Origin: Octopus vulgaris
Lineage: Eukaryota
Length of the DNA stretch: 64,000 nucleotides
NCBI GenBank assembly: GCA_951406725.2
Contig: OX597836.1
Coordinates: 10,664,001 to 10,728,000 of the forward strand
Direction of reading: 5' to 3'
Shown here: piece by piece, positions 26,077 to 41,656 of the stretch
Layout: the number at the start of each line of letters is the position of its first letter
Position numbering within the stretch: position 1 is the stretch's first letter
Translations under genes and position numbers: made by a program
The notes under the pieces: model-generated
Databases searched by the model: none
What the model saw: only the letters and a program-made list of their open reading frames with translations
Told to the model about the DNA's origin: nothing

Positions 26077-26244
26077 CTTGCTTCCCTACATATATGTGTG
26101 CGTGTGTATGTATATATATATATATACTTGCATACCTACATGTACATGTGTGTGTGTATATGCATACATATATACATACATAGACACATGTATTTTATAA
26201 CTCCATAGATACACACAGTCTCTCTCACACACGCATATACACAT

Positions 26245-26288
<44 letters not shown>

Positions 26289-27426
26289 CACACATGACAC
26301 ACATGTACACGATGTGAATATGCATACTTTATTTTTGCTTTATATATGAAGAAAAAAAAATGAAAGGAAAAAAAAAATAAACCCGCCTCTGACTCGGAGC
26401 TATCTGTACTAAATTTGCTAATTTAACTGTTTTAAGTCAGTGTTGAAGAATTCTGCACTGGAAGAATTCTGCAAGATTTTGGTGACGAACAACAGTTGGA
26501 ATTTCGCACCATTTCAATAATCAAAGAATGTCTTTTTCCTGAGACAAGTCACTTCTTAGTAACTGCTTTCCTGAACACTACTATATGAAATGGATGGTGG
26601 ATGGCGGGGTGCACGCGTGTGCGGATGGAGGCGTGGAGGCGTGGAGGCGTGGAGGCATGGAGGCGTGGAGGTGTATACTGATGTCAGTCAGTGCTGCCAA
26701 TGTGTGTTCCATATAATTTTGTTTTTCTAATTTTGCCTCAAGATCAGCAATTTTTGAGATTTTGATGGGGAAGGAGCAGTCCACTGCTTATCTGGTACTC
26801 ACTGTTTCTGGGTGAAGTGAGCCTTCAAAAGACTCCAGACTCGGCTTATAAAAAACATCACACAAGCACGCACCCACACAAACACACACAAACATTGACA
26901 CACACACGATCTTTATATCCAACTAAAGTTGAAAGGCAAAGTAGACCCTGGTGGCATTTGAACAAGGTATATTGTCAGTCTTTTAAATACAACGAATTAT
27001 CATTAAAAACATAATTATTAATACCAGAAGCAGTATTAAGAGCAAAAGCAATCTTAATATCCAACTTAATGTAGATGTTTTGTTAAAACGCCGTATACTG
27101 TGGCATACGCCTTGAGAGGAACAATCATATGGATGCGTAGGACATAACACATATTTATATTGTTGGCTGATGAAAATCATCTGCTATGGGCACCGGATCT
27201 GCTTCTCTCAACCATATAAATATGAACTGCTTCTCTCAACGATATAAATATGAATGCCTTTATTCCCTCATGCATCCGTTTGAAAGGACCATTCAAGACG
27301 AATACCGAATATCGCAATGCTTGGCGTTCTAACAAAGCTTCTACGTTAAGTTGCACATAAAGATTGCTTTTCGGTATTAATATTGTAGTGGGGTCGATTC
27401 ACTCAACTGCCTGTCTGTCTGTCTGA

Positions 27427-27522
<96 letters not shown>

Positions 27523-27539
27523 AATTATTATTTAAGGTT

Positions 27540-27710
27540 ACGTCGATTCCTCTCTGTGTTATTTTGCATTTATAATAAAATAAATGTATACAAATTATAA
27601 AAAAAAGTAATAAAAAATATATACAGTACAGTACTGTTTCTAATTCGCGGATTTTCACTTATCGCGGGAGGTTATGGAACGGGAAACTCGCGATAGTCGA
27701 GGATTTACTG
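27540..27710 (+). mobile_element. pogo/Tigger-like transposon 3' end fragment
   Basis: TTCGCGGATTTTCACTTATCGCGGG..CGCGATAGTCGAGGATTTACTG resembles the terminus of pogo-type non-autonomous elements. Confidence 0.5.
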
Positions 27711-27715
27711 CCAAC

Positions 27716-27782
<67 letters not shown>

Positions 27783-27894
27783 TATTTAAATGTGTGTATG
27801 TATCTCTCAATGAAAGAAGATTGCAGAAATAGCTTTGATGATCGGGGAAAATAGTTAGATAGACAGACAGACAGGTAGATAGATAGACAGATAA

Positions 27895-27963
<69 letters not shown>

Positions 27964-28463
27964 CAGAATGATAGATAGATAGATAGATGAATTAATATAG
28001 CTACACATTAATATAGCTACACATATAGCTACAGACTGATACGAAGAGAAATGAATAAAGAAAACGCGTACATATTAATCGACCGTAGCCTTAATTGAAT
28101 AGTTACAAGAGGCTTCCGTGTGAATCTAACAACATTTTCACCCCGAATCTATTTCCATACACCTCAATATCGAGTGAATAGTTTCACCTTCCGAGTTTGT
28201 AATTAGTAAAAAAATTTTTTTTCCTTCTTGTATAAAGAAAAATCAAATGGAAAGATAAAAGGACGGTTAAGTGGGAAAAGAAACAAATAAGTTGAGAGAA
28301 AGAAGTGAAAAGATAAAAATTCTCACGTGTTTATATCGGCGTTGAGGATATTTTCCTTAAACGATTGCTTTTGAATTGGCCGTGTTTATGGAGGATAACT
28401 TAAGACATGCAACGAAAATGGACGCTTTGTACCGGGCCACGAATATATATATATCTGTATATA

Positions 28464-28527
<64 letters not shown>

Positions 28528-28689
28528 CATACATACATGCATATATATGTAAAAATGTTATTTATCCATACATATATACATTCATATATATATTTGAATA
28601 CACGTATATATATATACATAAATACACATGTATATGTGTGTGTATTAACACATATATATAGTTTAAGTGCCTGTTATGATGTATAAATA

Positions 28690-28733
<44 letters not shown>

Positions 28734-28771
28734 TACGTATATATGAATGTATATAAATATATATATGTATA

Positions 28772-28842
<71 letters not shown>

Positions 28843-28886
28843 GTGTACAGATATGCATATGTGTTTATATTTATTACACACACACG

Positions 28887-28929
<43 letters not shown>

Positions 28930-29692
28930 GCATGTACATGTACGTATGTGCTGTCGAAATTTTATTTGTGTACCACACGTTACAGAACTTATATAGGCCG
29001 AAACCTCCATAGGTATGTACGTAATTTCTTACATAAACATATACGGAAGTATATTTATAACTTTCAATGTAATTCTCTCTCTCTTTCCTTTTCTTTACAA
29101 ACACTCTGACACACACACACACGTTTACGCACACATATATATATATACACACACATATACACACACACACGTTAGATGTGAAAAAAACCCACACAAAATA
29201 AGAAAGAAAGCATTGAAATCTTTTACATATGGTTTTGTAGTCCAGAAGCAAAGCGATAAGATAGACCACGTCACATAAAGGTAAAACCTAATAAAGTACA
29301 GCCATTTTGAGCGCACACGTTTCTCGAAGACGGCCTGCACTGATATGGTTTCCGCCCGGGGTCTATAGGGACCATCGGTTCGTAAAACATGTGTACTGAC
29401 GTGCGTGCGTGCGTGTGCGTGTATGTGTGTGTGTTACGTGTGTGTTTGTGTGTGTGTGTGTGTCCTTTCAAGTTGACTATGTGGGAGGGCGAGGAATAAT
29501 TAGATATATTGAGCATATGTGATGTGTGTGTGTATGTATGTATGTATGTATGTATGTATGTATGTATGTATATGTTTATGTATGTGTATGTATATGTGTA
29601 TGTATGTACGAAGGTAGGTAGGTAGGTATATACAAACTCATATCCAAGTATGTATAATGTATGTATGTATGTATGTATGTATGTATCTATCA

Positions 29693-30161
<469 letters not shown>

Positions 30162-30203
30162 GTTTAAATATTTGTTGTGCATTATATTTATTACACACAC
30201 ACG

Positions 30204-30266
<63 letters not shown>

Positions 30267-30343
30267 GCATGTACATGTACGTATGTGCTGTCGAAATTTT
30301 ATTTGTGTACCACACGTTACAGAACATATATATGACCATTCCG

Positions 30344-30574
<231 letters not shown>

Positions 30575-30588
30575 TTGTGTGTGTGCGT

Positions 30589-30901
30589 GTGGAGGCGCAA
30601 TGGCCCAGTGGTTAGGGCAGCGGACTCGCGGTTGTAGGATCGCGGTTTCGATTCCCAAACCGGGCGTTGTGAGTGTTTATTGAGCGAAATCACCTAAAAG
30701 CTCCACGAGGCTCCGGCAGGGGGTGGTGGCAATCTCTGCCGTACTCTTTCGCCGCAACTTTCTCTCACTCTTTCTTCTGTTGGCCTGCTCGCTTAGCCAG
30801 CGGGTGGCGTCATTTGAAGGCTAAAACAATGAGAAGCGCATTGTGGCCAGCGATGTGTAGCAACATCTGATAGCCTGGTCGGTCACGGTGATCACGGTGA
30901 T
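30589..30901 (+). mobile_element. SINE family C, tail type 2
   Basis: Same head and body to CACTCTTTCTTC, then an unrelated tail ending in (TCACGGTGA)2. Confidence 0.88.
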
Positions 30902-31452
30902 ATACATATATATATTATAATGTTTGTTTTTAAGTCCAGTTATAATAAAAACATTTTTACACGAATCTATTGGGTTACTGTATGATGTTATACTGTACAA
31001 ATTTATTATTCTTAAATAAAAATCTTATTAACAGTTACTTTGAAGTCCCTTTCAGCTAAACTATATAATCTGTCTATGAACTTGTAACCACACCTGTGTT
31101 GCAAAAATAAAAAGCCCCCCCCCCCCAAAAAAAAACCCACGAAAAAATAATGGAAAACCCGAAGACAAACAGTAAAATAAAGTTTGAAACTGAAAAGAGC
31201 TCACAAAATTTTCATCAGAGTTTCATGTAACAAACCGCACGCATACACACACACACATACACACACACGTACACAAACATGCTTCTATACAATTTCCTTA
31301 CACCAAATCTACTCAAAAGGCACTGGTTCGGACGGAGCTATAGAGCAGAAGACATTTTCTGAAGATGTATCGCAGTAGGGACGAAACCGAAACTAGGTGA
31401 GTGCAAACTGTGCTTCTTAACCATACAACCATGTTGTAGAATACATCATTTT

Positions 31453-32022
31453 ATTCTTTATTGCCCACAAGGGCTAAACGAGGACAGACAAAGGAATTGA
31501 GTCGATTACATCGATCTCAGTGCGCAACTGGTATTCATTTAATCGACCCCGAAAGGATGAAAGGCAAAGTCGACCTCGGCGGAATTTGAACTCAGAACGG
31601 AAAGACAAACGAAATACCTATTTCTTTACTATCCGCAAAGGGCTAAACACAGAGGGGACAAACAAGGACAGACAAACGGATTAAGTCGATCATATCGACC
31701 CCGATGTGTAACTTATACTTATTTAAACGATGAAAGGCAAAATCAACCTCGGCAGAATTTGAACTCAGAACGTAACGGAAGACGAAATACCTATTTCTTC
31801 ACTACCCACAAGGGGCTAAACACAGAGGGGACAAACAGGGACAGACAAACGGATTAAGTCGATTATATCGATCCCAGTGCGTAACTGGTACTTAATTTAT
31901 CGACCCCGAAAGGATGAAAGGCAAAGTCGACCTCGGCGGAATTTGAACTCAGAACGTAACGGCAGACGAAATACGGCTACGCATCTCGCCCAGCATGCTT
32001 ACGTTTCTGCCTGCTCGCCGCC
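31453..32022 (-). mobile_element. SINE family A, tandem trimer
   Basis: Three body and tail units with one head. Junctions fall at ACGAAATACCTATTTC. Confidence 0.9.
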
Positions 32023-32718
32023 TTAGAATACATCATCTGTTAGGATCGGAGACCACTTACTGTAACAAAGAAACAAGAAAATCCTCGCTGAGAAACTTAC
32101 TATAGGAAATTTGTACATCTTGAAGGTGTAGGCTTAAACATCTATCATCCGTCATTAATCGACACTTAAAATCGTGTTGCCATAAAAACAAACGAAAAAC
32201 GAAAGACATGAAAAAAAAAAAAGAGAAGAAAGAAGGTAAGAAAAGATATTAAGAACTCTGAGATAAAATGCCAGGAGCGGAGAAGACAAAGGAAAAACAG
32301 AAACAATAAAAATTCCGAATCACCAATTATAAGACCGGCAGAAGCAATTATGTTTGCATCGAGGAAAACACAAGGATTGGTAGGGCCGTTTTAATCTCGT
32401 ACTTCGTCATTGTTCGACATCATTTTCCTTAATTGTGTGTGTGTAAGAAGGTGTAGTTTGTTAAATATGAGGGAACAATCGGTAAACGATTGCGACAAAC
32501 AAACAAAAAAAAAAGAAAAAACATCAAACAAAAGACACGAAATGGAAGTGAAATGAAATGGCGGCCATTTTGAGGACATCATCGATCGGCGGCGGAAGGT
32601 TATATATGATTGCTTCCACGACACTGAACGGACATCAAACGGTTAAAAAGAACGAAGGATGGATGCTGACTTTCCTCCCCACCTTACTTCGCTAACGTCT
32701 CCGAAATTGTTTCAACAT

Positions 32719-32762
<44 letters not shown>

Positions 32763-32834
32763 CATATATACATTTATATATACATACACACAGAGATATT
32801 TGTATGTATATATATATATACATACATACATACA

Positions 32835-32896
<62 letters not shown>

Positions 32897-33269
32897 GAGG
32901 CATTATTACACATACATGCCACACGCTAAGAGGAACATTAGTCATTTCTACCAAAAAATTTTACTAATCATACCCAATGCAATTTTTCCAAAGCAAGACA
33001 TTTAAAAAATGAATTTAGTCTTGTATCACCTGTGATTTCGTACTTATCGCAGTTGCGACCGTACTCATCAGCAAGACTGATTCTGAACATATCATAAATA
33101 AACGAACCTGTACCGTCAAAGCCGAACAGCTATCTGTTTAACTCTAACGACGCACATGGGGACGTTTACATATAATACATCCGGTAAATGGCAGGCTTCT
33201 TCGAATTGCATTTTGGATAGGAAAAGTTTTTTCGGAATAAAATTATGTATATGTATGTATCTGTGTGTG

Positions 33270-33307
<38 letters not shown>

Positions 33308-33329
33308 TGCATGTATGTGTATCGGTTTT

Positions 33330-33536
33330 TGTGTCAGTGCTTGCCTTGGTTTTCTACCGCTTGACAAACCACGTCAATTTGCCTACGTCCCTGTAACTTA
33401 GCGGTTCGGCAAAATATTTTTATAGAATAACTGCCGAACAAAACAGTAAGCCCTGGGTTGATTTGCTCGACTAAACACTTCAAGGCAGTGCTCCACCATG
33501 GGCACAATCCAACGACTGAAACAAGTGAAAGATAAT

Positions 33537-33576
<40 letters not shown>

Positions 33577-33732
33577 GACAGGCTTCTTTCCGATTCCGTC
33601 TACCAAATTCATTCACAAGGCTTTGGTTGTCCCGGGGCTATAGCAGAAGACATGCTTAAGGTGCCACGCAGTAGGACTGAATCCGGAACCACGTGGTTGG
33701 GAAGCAAGCTTCTTACCACACAGTCACACCTG
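33330..33732. mobile_element. Family B tail (+) and family B head (minus) joined across a (CA)n tract
   Basis: CTTAGCGGTTCGGC..GACTGAAACAAG, then CTACCAAATTCATTCACAAGGC..CTTACCACACAG. Confidence 0.7.
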
Positions 33733-34987
33733 TTAAGATTTTTTCAATACGAACTGACGTGATGCTATGTAAACAAGTGTTCTGGGTGCATAGACCGAGT
33801 TAGAGACAACGACACTGGAATGACTTACATATCCTACATGAGTGAGGCATGGGAAATGGCGGGATACAGGAATTCAAGCGGCATTGAAGATAATGATGGA
33901 TATATTGATGGATATATCGGTGAACAGGAGGTGAAAAAGCCTCATTAGAGGGTTTGAAACCTTATCTTATTGTATTATTTGTAGTGGTTTATAACCTCAA
34001 TTGCGTGTTTAAAAAAAGAGATTTTAGTGCCTCCTTCTTGTAAGAGGTTTGAAACCTCATATTGATTTTTAAAAAAGAAAATATGTTTTCGCGAAAAATC
34101 CAATCGGCGGGTGTTGGGTTTCAGCTCTCATTTATTCATTTTATTTCATTTTCATTCATTAATGTGTTTGTCCAGCCCGCAAAACTACCCATCTTTGTAC
34201 TGTCTCTATTTGATAAAATAAAGTTAGAGACAACTAATAGTCTTGGAGAACAGAACTTAGTACTTGGAATTTGAACATCCAACATCCAACTTTTCAACTG
34301 ACAGCACTTATACGTAATTGGCACCTCGTACAATCATACTAGTTGTGACAATTCATATATAGAATTTATGATGAATACTTTTTATAGTTCTAGAAAAAAA
34401 AAAATGCTGCATAATTTTCTTTGCCAAAATTTTTAGTACATTTCAGGAGAAATATTTCACCGTTGCTGTAGTAACCATATTAACGTTACATTTACATATT
34501 GAAATCATGGGAATTTTTTCTGTTTTTTTTTTTGTCCTCTTACTTTCTCCTCGCCATTTCCCCACACCATTTAGAGACAATCATTCTATGCCGCCACCGC
34601 CGCTCCCACCAACAGCTCTCTCTCTCTCCGCCCTCACATTTTCGCGTTTTCTTTCCCTCTCCAACGCATCTTATCTCAAACTCGATTCCAATTCTATTCG
34701 GAATTCTCAATTTTATTGTCCTTATTGTAACTGATTATTACCGACATTTCTCTTGGTGCTGATAGCAATGGTAGTGGCGGCGGCGGTGGCGGGGGCAGTG
34801 GCGGTGGGGGCAGGGGTAGGGGAGGAGGAGGAGAGGAAGAAAAGGAAGAAGGAAGAGGGTGGGCTTCTTGTTCTTCTTATTGCCGTTGTCGATAGTTTTG
34901 TTCAGGATTTTCATGTTGGCGTTATTCAAGAATTTTTTCGATTAACTTTCTCATTATTTCATTTTCTTTTGTATCGTGGTTCACAAG

Positions 34988-35049
34988 CATCATCATCATC
35001 ATCATCATCATCCATCATCATCACCATCATCATCACCATCATCATCACC

Positions 35050-35128
<79 letters not shown>

Positions 35129-35214
35129 CCATCATCATCACCATCATCATCACCATCATCATCATCACCATCATCATCACCATCATCATCACCATCATCA
35201 TCACCATCATCATC

Positions 35215-35274
<60 letters not shown>

Positions 35275-35275
35275 G

Positions 35276-35307
<32 letters not shown>

Positions 35308-36372
35308 ATCATCATCATCGTCATCTTCTTGCTTGCTTGTAGTAGTCTTTATTGTTGTGGTTGTTGGTGCTTGTTTGTGGTACTTGTGGTAATTATTGCG
35401 AGCTGGCAGAGTGGTCGTTAGCACGCCGGGCGAAATGCGTAGCCGTATTTCGTCTGCCGTTACGTTCTGAGTTCAAATTCCGCCGAGGTCGACTTTGCTT
35501 TTCATCCTTTCGGGGTCGATAAATTAAGTACCAGTTACGCACTGGGGTCCATCTAATCGACTGGCCTCCTCCCCCATATTTCGTACCTTGTGCCTTGAGT
35601 AGAAAAGATTATCCTTATTATTATTATTATTATTATTATTAGTGATAGTAGTAGTATTCTGTTGTATTTATTGCCGTAGCTCTCTGTCTGTCTGTCTGTC
35701 AGCTTCTCTAGATGCTCCCTCTCTTTCCGTCTACACACACACAGATAGACAGACAGACACCCCCCTCCCCCCGCACGCACTGGCACCTTGCTCGACCGGC
35801 TTCCCCCTTGCTGTAATGGCAGTAATAATCGTTAAGGCGAGTATTGTTGCAGTTTGAGGGGCGAAAATGGCATTTCACCCGTTGGGCTGGCTACTGTGGG
35901 CGTTTATAGCGATGACGGTTGAGCCTCCTCCCTCTTAACGTCATCATCCCCATTGACGTCATCGTCATCGTCATCGTCATTGTCATCAACGCTGTTGTCA
36001 CTGTCACCGATGTTTTTATTTATACCAACGTCATCATCGTCATCATCACGCTACCACCATCGTTGTCTTCGTCGTCATCATCATCATCACCACCACCACC
36101 ACACCACCACCACCACCACTGCCACCTCCATCCTCCCACACCACCACCACCACCACCATCACTAACACCACCACCATCACTACCACCACCACCAAGACCA
36201 CCACCATCACCACCATCACCACCATCACCAACATCACCACCATCACCACCATCACCATCACCACCATCATCATTATCATCATCATCACCACTAACACCAC
36301 CACCACCACCACCACCACCACCACCACACCACCATCATCATCATCATCATCATCATCACCACTACCACCACC

Positions 36373-36406
<34 letters not shown>

Positions 36407-36969
36407 TCACCACTAACACCACCACCATCACCACCACCACCATCATCACTACCACCACCACCACCACCACCACCACCAAGACCACCAAGACCACCACCAT
36501 CACCACCATCATCACCACCATCACCACCACCACCACCATCATCACCATCATCATCACCACCACCACCACCCCCACCACCACCATCATCATCATCATCATC
36601 ATCGTCATCATCGTCGCTGTCGTCGCTCTAATCATCATCACCATCCTCCTCCTCCTTCCCCTCCCTCCTTCTCTTCAGAGAATGAGGGACACAGAAAGAG
36701 GAAAGAGAAAAATGGAGAGGGAGTGACAGAAAGAGTTGGGGAGAGAGAGAATAAAAGAGAGAGAGGAAAAGAGAGATGAAATGTCCGAGAGAGAGAGAGA
36801 GATAGAGAGTGAGAGAGAGTGGGAGGGAGAGAATGAGAGAGAGAGAAAAAAGTGAGAGGAATTGACAGAGAGTGAGGGGAATTGACAGAGAGAGAGCTAC
36901 TGAAAGAGGGAAGAGAGATTTCTAATACGACAGAAAAAGAAAGAGAAGAGATAACGAGGGTAACAGAAA

Positions 36970-37019
<50 letters not shown>

Positions 37020-37025
37020 AGGAGA
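34988..37025. repeat. (CAT)n, (CAC)n and (GA)n low-complexity region containing a family A SINE (+, 35398-35615)
   Basis: Directly visible. Confidence 0.93.
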
Positions 37026-37386
37026 CAAATGAATTCCATGACAGCAGATTATATCTAAAGTGTGACATTCAAGAAAGCATCCTTACAAAAATTTTTTGTC
37101 TAGTTATTGTGTAAGTATTTTTAGTTCTTTAAAGCATTTTTTTTCAGCTCACAATATTACATCTGTAAGTCTGACACAAATACATCTCTTGTTAAGAATA
37201 TCTATCCCAATTATGTTTAAATTAATGACGAAACTATTAATCAGTATTTAATTAATCATGGCACTGATGAACCGTTGTTTTTACGAGTGGCGGAACGCGT
37301 TGCCATACGCAAGTTATTGTTCAAGAAAAATAAAAAAAAAAGAATACGCTAATCTTATAATATTTCGGCAAAGATTCTCCTTTTCA

Positions 37387-37727
37387 AATAGAAAAATGCG
37401 AACCTCCGCCAAGGCAACACCAACGTCCTCTCAACGATTAGCCAGAGATGATTTTTAAAATGAGAATATCTGAAATGATCTCGACTGCTCTCACAAACAA
37501 GAATACTGAAAGTGAACCCGGCCGATCTCAAAAATAAAAATAAAATAAAATAAAACAGGAAAAATAATCCAGAATCCCTATCCAGTACCGAATCGATCAC
37601 AGAATCTAGGCAGTTCGTGTCGGTTACGAAGCCAAACATCTCTGAAAGTTTCATCCGAATCTATCCTGCGATTCTTTAGATTTCTTGTCCAAGGAAAAAC
37701 AAGCAGACTCGACCGAAAACAATACAT
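37387..37727 (-). mobile_element. Non-autonomous DNA element remnant (Helentron- or Crypton-type, unresolved)
   Basis: ACCTCCGCCAAGG subterminal motif, plus GAAAGTTTCATCCGAATC and GAAAACAATAC motifs recalled from a widespread animal repeat. Confidence 0.4.
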
Positions 37728-37744
37728 TTAATAAATATGAATGT

Positions 37745-38032
37745 TTTTTTGTTTGTTCCTTCTCGAGCCACGCCTGGCTCATAAGGGCCGGTTTCCCGGT
37801 TTCCTTGGCGTATAGGTTCCCCACTTGGACGGGACGCCGGTCCGTCACAGGTGAGCTGCAAGATGCAAGAGGAAAGAGTGAGAGAAAGTTGGGGCGAAAG
37901 AGTCAGCAGAAGATTCGCCATTACATTCTGCCGGAGTCGCGTGGAGCTTAGCTGTTTCTCTCATAAACACACATATTGCCCGGTCTGAGATTCGAATCCG
38001 CTGCTCTAACCACTAGGCCATGTGCCTCCACA
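37745..38032 (-). mobile_element. SINE related to family C, tail type 3, with a shortened head
   Basis: Shares GAGTGAGAGAAAGTTGGGGCGAAAGAGT and the tail with 17306-17622. Confidence 0.82.
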
Positions 38033-38046
38033 ATAAATATAATATG

Positions 38047-38132
<86 letters not shown>

Positions 38133-38235
38133 CATACATACATACATACACATACATACATACAGGGTGTGGTCTGAGATTCGAATCCGCTGCTCTAACC
38201 ACTAGGCCATGTGCCTCCACAATAAATATAATATG

Positions 38236-38304
<69 letters not shown>

Positions 38305-38407
38305 CATACATACATACATACACATACATACATACAGGGTGTGGTCTGAGATTCGAATCCGCTGCTCTAACCACTAGGCCATGTGCCTCCACAATAAATA
38401 TAATATG

Positions 38408-38489
<82 letters not shown>

Positions 38490-38537
38490 CATACATACAT
38501 ACATACATACATACATACATACATACATACAGGGTGT
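37982..38537. repeat. Three tandem units of ~170-195 bp: SINE head, (TA)n(CATA)n and TACAGGGTGT
   Basis: GGTCTGAGATTCGAATCCGCTGCTCTAACC starts at 37982, 38171 and 38343. Confidence 0.92.
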
Positions 38538-38610
38538 TTAAAAAGTCTTCCCGCAGTAATTATTTGATTGCTAAATATTCACTGCGGAGAGACTTTTTGA
38601 ACACCATGTA
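38528..38610. mobile_element. 83-bp Tc1/mariner-type MITE
   Basis: TA-CAGGGTGTTTAAAAAGTCTTCCCGCAGT..ACTGCGGAGAGACTTTTTGAACACCATG-TA. A half copy lies at ~39080-39126. Confidence 0.8.
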
Positions 38611-38630
38611 TATGCATGCAGGCATGTATG

Positions 38631-38664
<34 letters not shown>

Positions 38665-39018
38665 TGTATGTATGTATGTATGTATGTATGTATGTATGTA
38701 TGTATGTATGTATGTGTGTGTGTGTGTGTGTGTATGTACATAAGCAAGCGTGTGCATGTATAAAACGTATATACAAATAATCTTGAATTTATGACAGAAA
38801 GGAGTACATAAATATATAAGGAAACTATACATTTACAAACAGCGATTTACAACTGTTGTGTGTTCATTTAAGACGAGTAGAAAAGTTTTAAAATGTTTGT
38901 TTGAAAAACTTTGTGGGGAAAAAAATTGTGTAGTTTCCGTATATTTCTCTGATATATTAATATTGAAAATTGCATTAAGATATACACATAGATATATAGA
39001 AAAGACGATACGATATAC

Positions 39019-39079
<61 letters not shown>

Positions 39080-39182
39080 TTTGCAATCAAATACTTACTG
39101 CGGAAAGACTTTTTGAACACCCTGTATGTATGTATATATTTATGTATGTATGTACGTATATATATATATATGTATATATGTA

Positions 39183-39317
<135 letters not shown>

Positions 39318-39326
39318 GTATATGCA

Positions 39327-39367
<41 letters not shown>

Positions 39368-39789
39368 AATATATGTATATATATGTGTATATATATAAGT
39401 ATATATACATATATGTATAAATATATATACAGTATATATATATATATATATACATATATATGTATGTATATATATATATATACATATACATATGCATATA
39501 TACATATATATACACACACACATATATACATATATATATATATACATACACACTCAAATATATATGCACACAATTTCTTCCCTTCTTTCTTTCTTTCTTT
39601 CTTTCTTTCTTTATTTACTTTCAGCTCATATACTGATGCATACGAAGTGAGGAGCATTCATATGTAATATTGTCTGTAGTCTAATAAACAAATATTTAGG
39701 ACCAGATTTACAGCTGCACACATGTGTGTACCAGAAGGGAAATAGATAGAGTTTCTGTGGCAGAGTGTGGAATGTATGTATACGTACGG

Positions 39790-39865
<76 letters not shown>

Positions 39866-40097
39866 GAAGGAGTGAGAGAGAGTGATGTAGATATGTATGT
39901 GTATATGCATATATTTAATACGAACAACAATGCTCAGACACACTTATATACGCCTGAATCTTCTAATTTATTTCTCTTTTAGATCTCCATATGCATATAT
40001 GCACACACGCACACATATGTATATGTATGTATGTACGTATGTATGTGTATATATTTGTATATATATGTGCATATATATATATGTATATATATGTATG

Positions 40098-40149
<52 letters not shown>

Positions 40150-40297
40150 AATATATGTATGTGTGTATATATATGTACGTATGTATGTATATATGTATGT
40201 ATATACATTTATATATATAAATATGTATATATATATATTTATACATAAATAAATATAAATGTATCGTACATATCTGTTTATATGCATACATACATAT

Positions 40298-40384
<87 letters not shown>

Positions 40385-40548
40385 CCTATCTGTCTGTTTA
40401 TCTGTCTGTCTGTGTATCTACCTATCTATACATATATACGTAAATATGTGTATATGTATATATATAACTATATAAATATATATGTATATATATATATAAA
40501 TGCACGCACACTCAGACAGACACAAACACACACGTACATAATGCATCT

Positions 40549-40590
<42 letters not shown>

Positions 40591-41029
40591 GCACATGTAC
40601 ATATGGGAAATAAAAACACTAAATATAGACTGCAATCTTGGAAAATTCAACTAGATTTTGTTTACATTTTGCATTGAAATTTTCACACTTCACTGAATCC
40701 TGTGTATTCGAGAAGAGAGAAAAAACCTTACAAAACAAAGCAAAACATATTTTTAATGCTTGCTGGAAAAATCTATAACCTGTGTGTGAATGAATAGAAG
40801 AAATTATTATTTTCTGCTAACATATCGAATATTGGGTGTTATCTGTTCCTCTAGTTAATTTGTTAGTGTCCTTATATTGCTTCACGTCGTCGTCAACAGA
40901 TCTAACCAGTTGGTTTTTATTCTATGTCTGAGGCTGCGACAGGGAAAAAATAATCTACCATATTTTATGCAGACGTTGTTGCGCTAAGGAAGGTAGGCAG
41001 ACGATAATGACGTCTGTGTGTAGATAATA

Positions 41030-41656
<627 letters not shown>

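Noticed and set aside
26440-26480. GCACTGGAAGAATTC, resembling miR-263/183
   Set aside because: The seed region does not match, it is explained by a tandem GAAGAATTCTGCA duplication, and no precursor hairpin is seen.
26581-26860. Possible coding fragment (KIADLEAKLEKQ)
   Set aside because: It is short, has an upstream in-frame stop, runs into a GGAGGCGT octamer repeat and matches no recognisable family.
34791-34822. G-quadruplex-like motif
   Set aside because: Four G runs are present but sit in low-complexity sequence with no functional context.
34753-36644. His/Pro/Ser/Asp-rich ORFs resembling transcription factor tails
   Set aside because: They are (CAT)n/(CAC)n microsatellites interrupted by a SINE, with no complex coding sequence.
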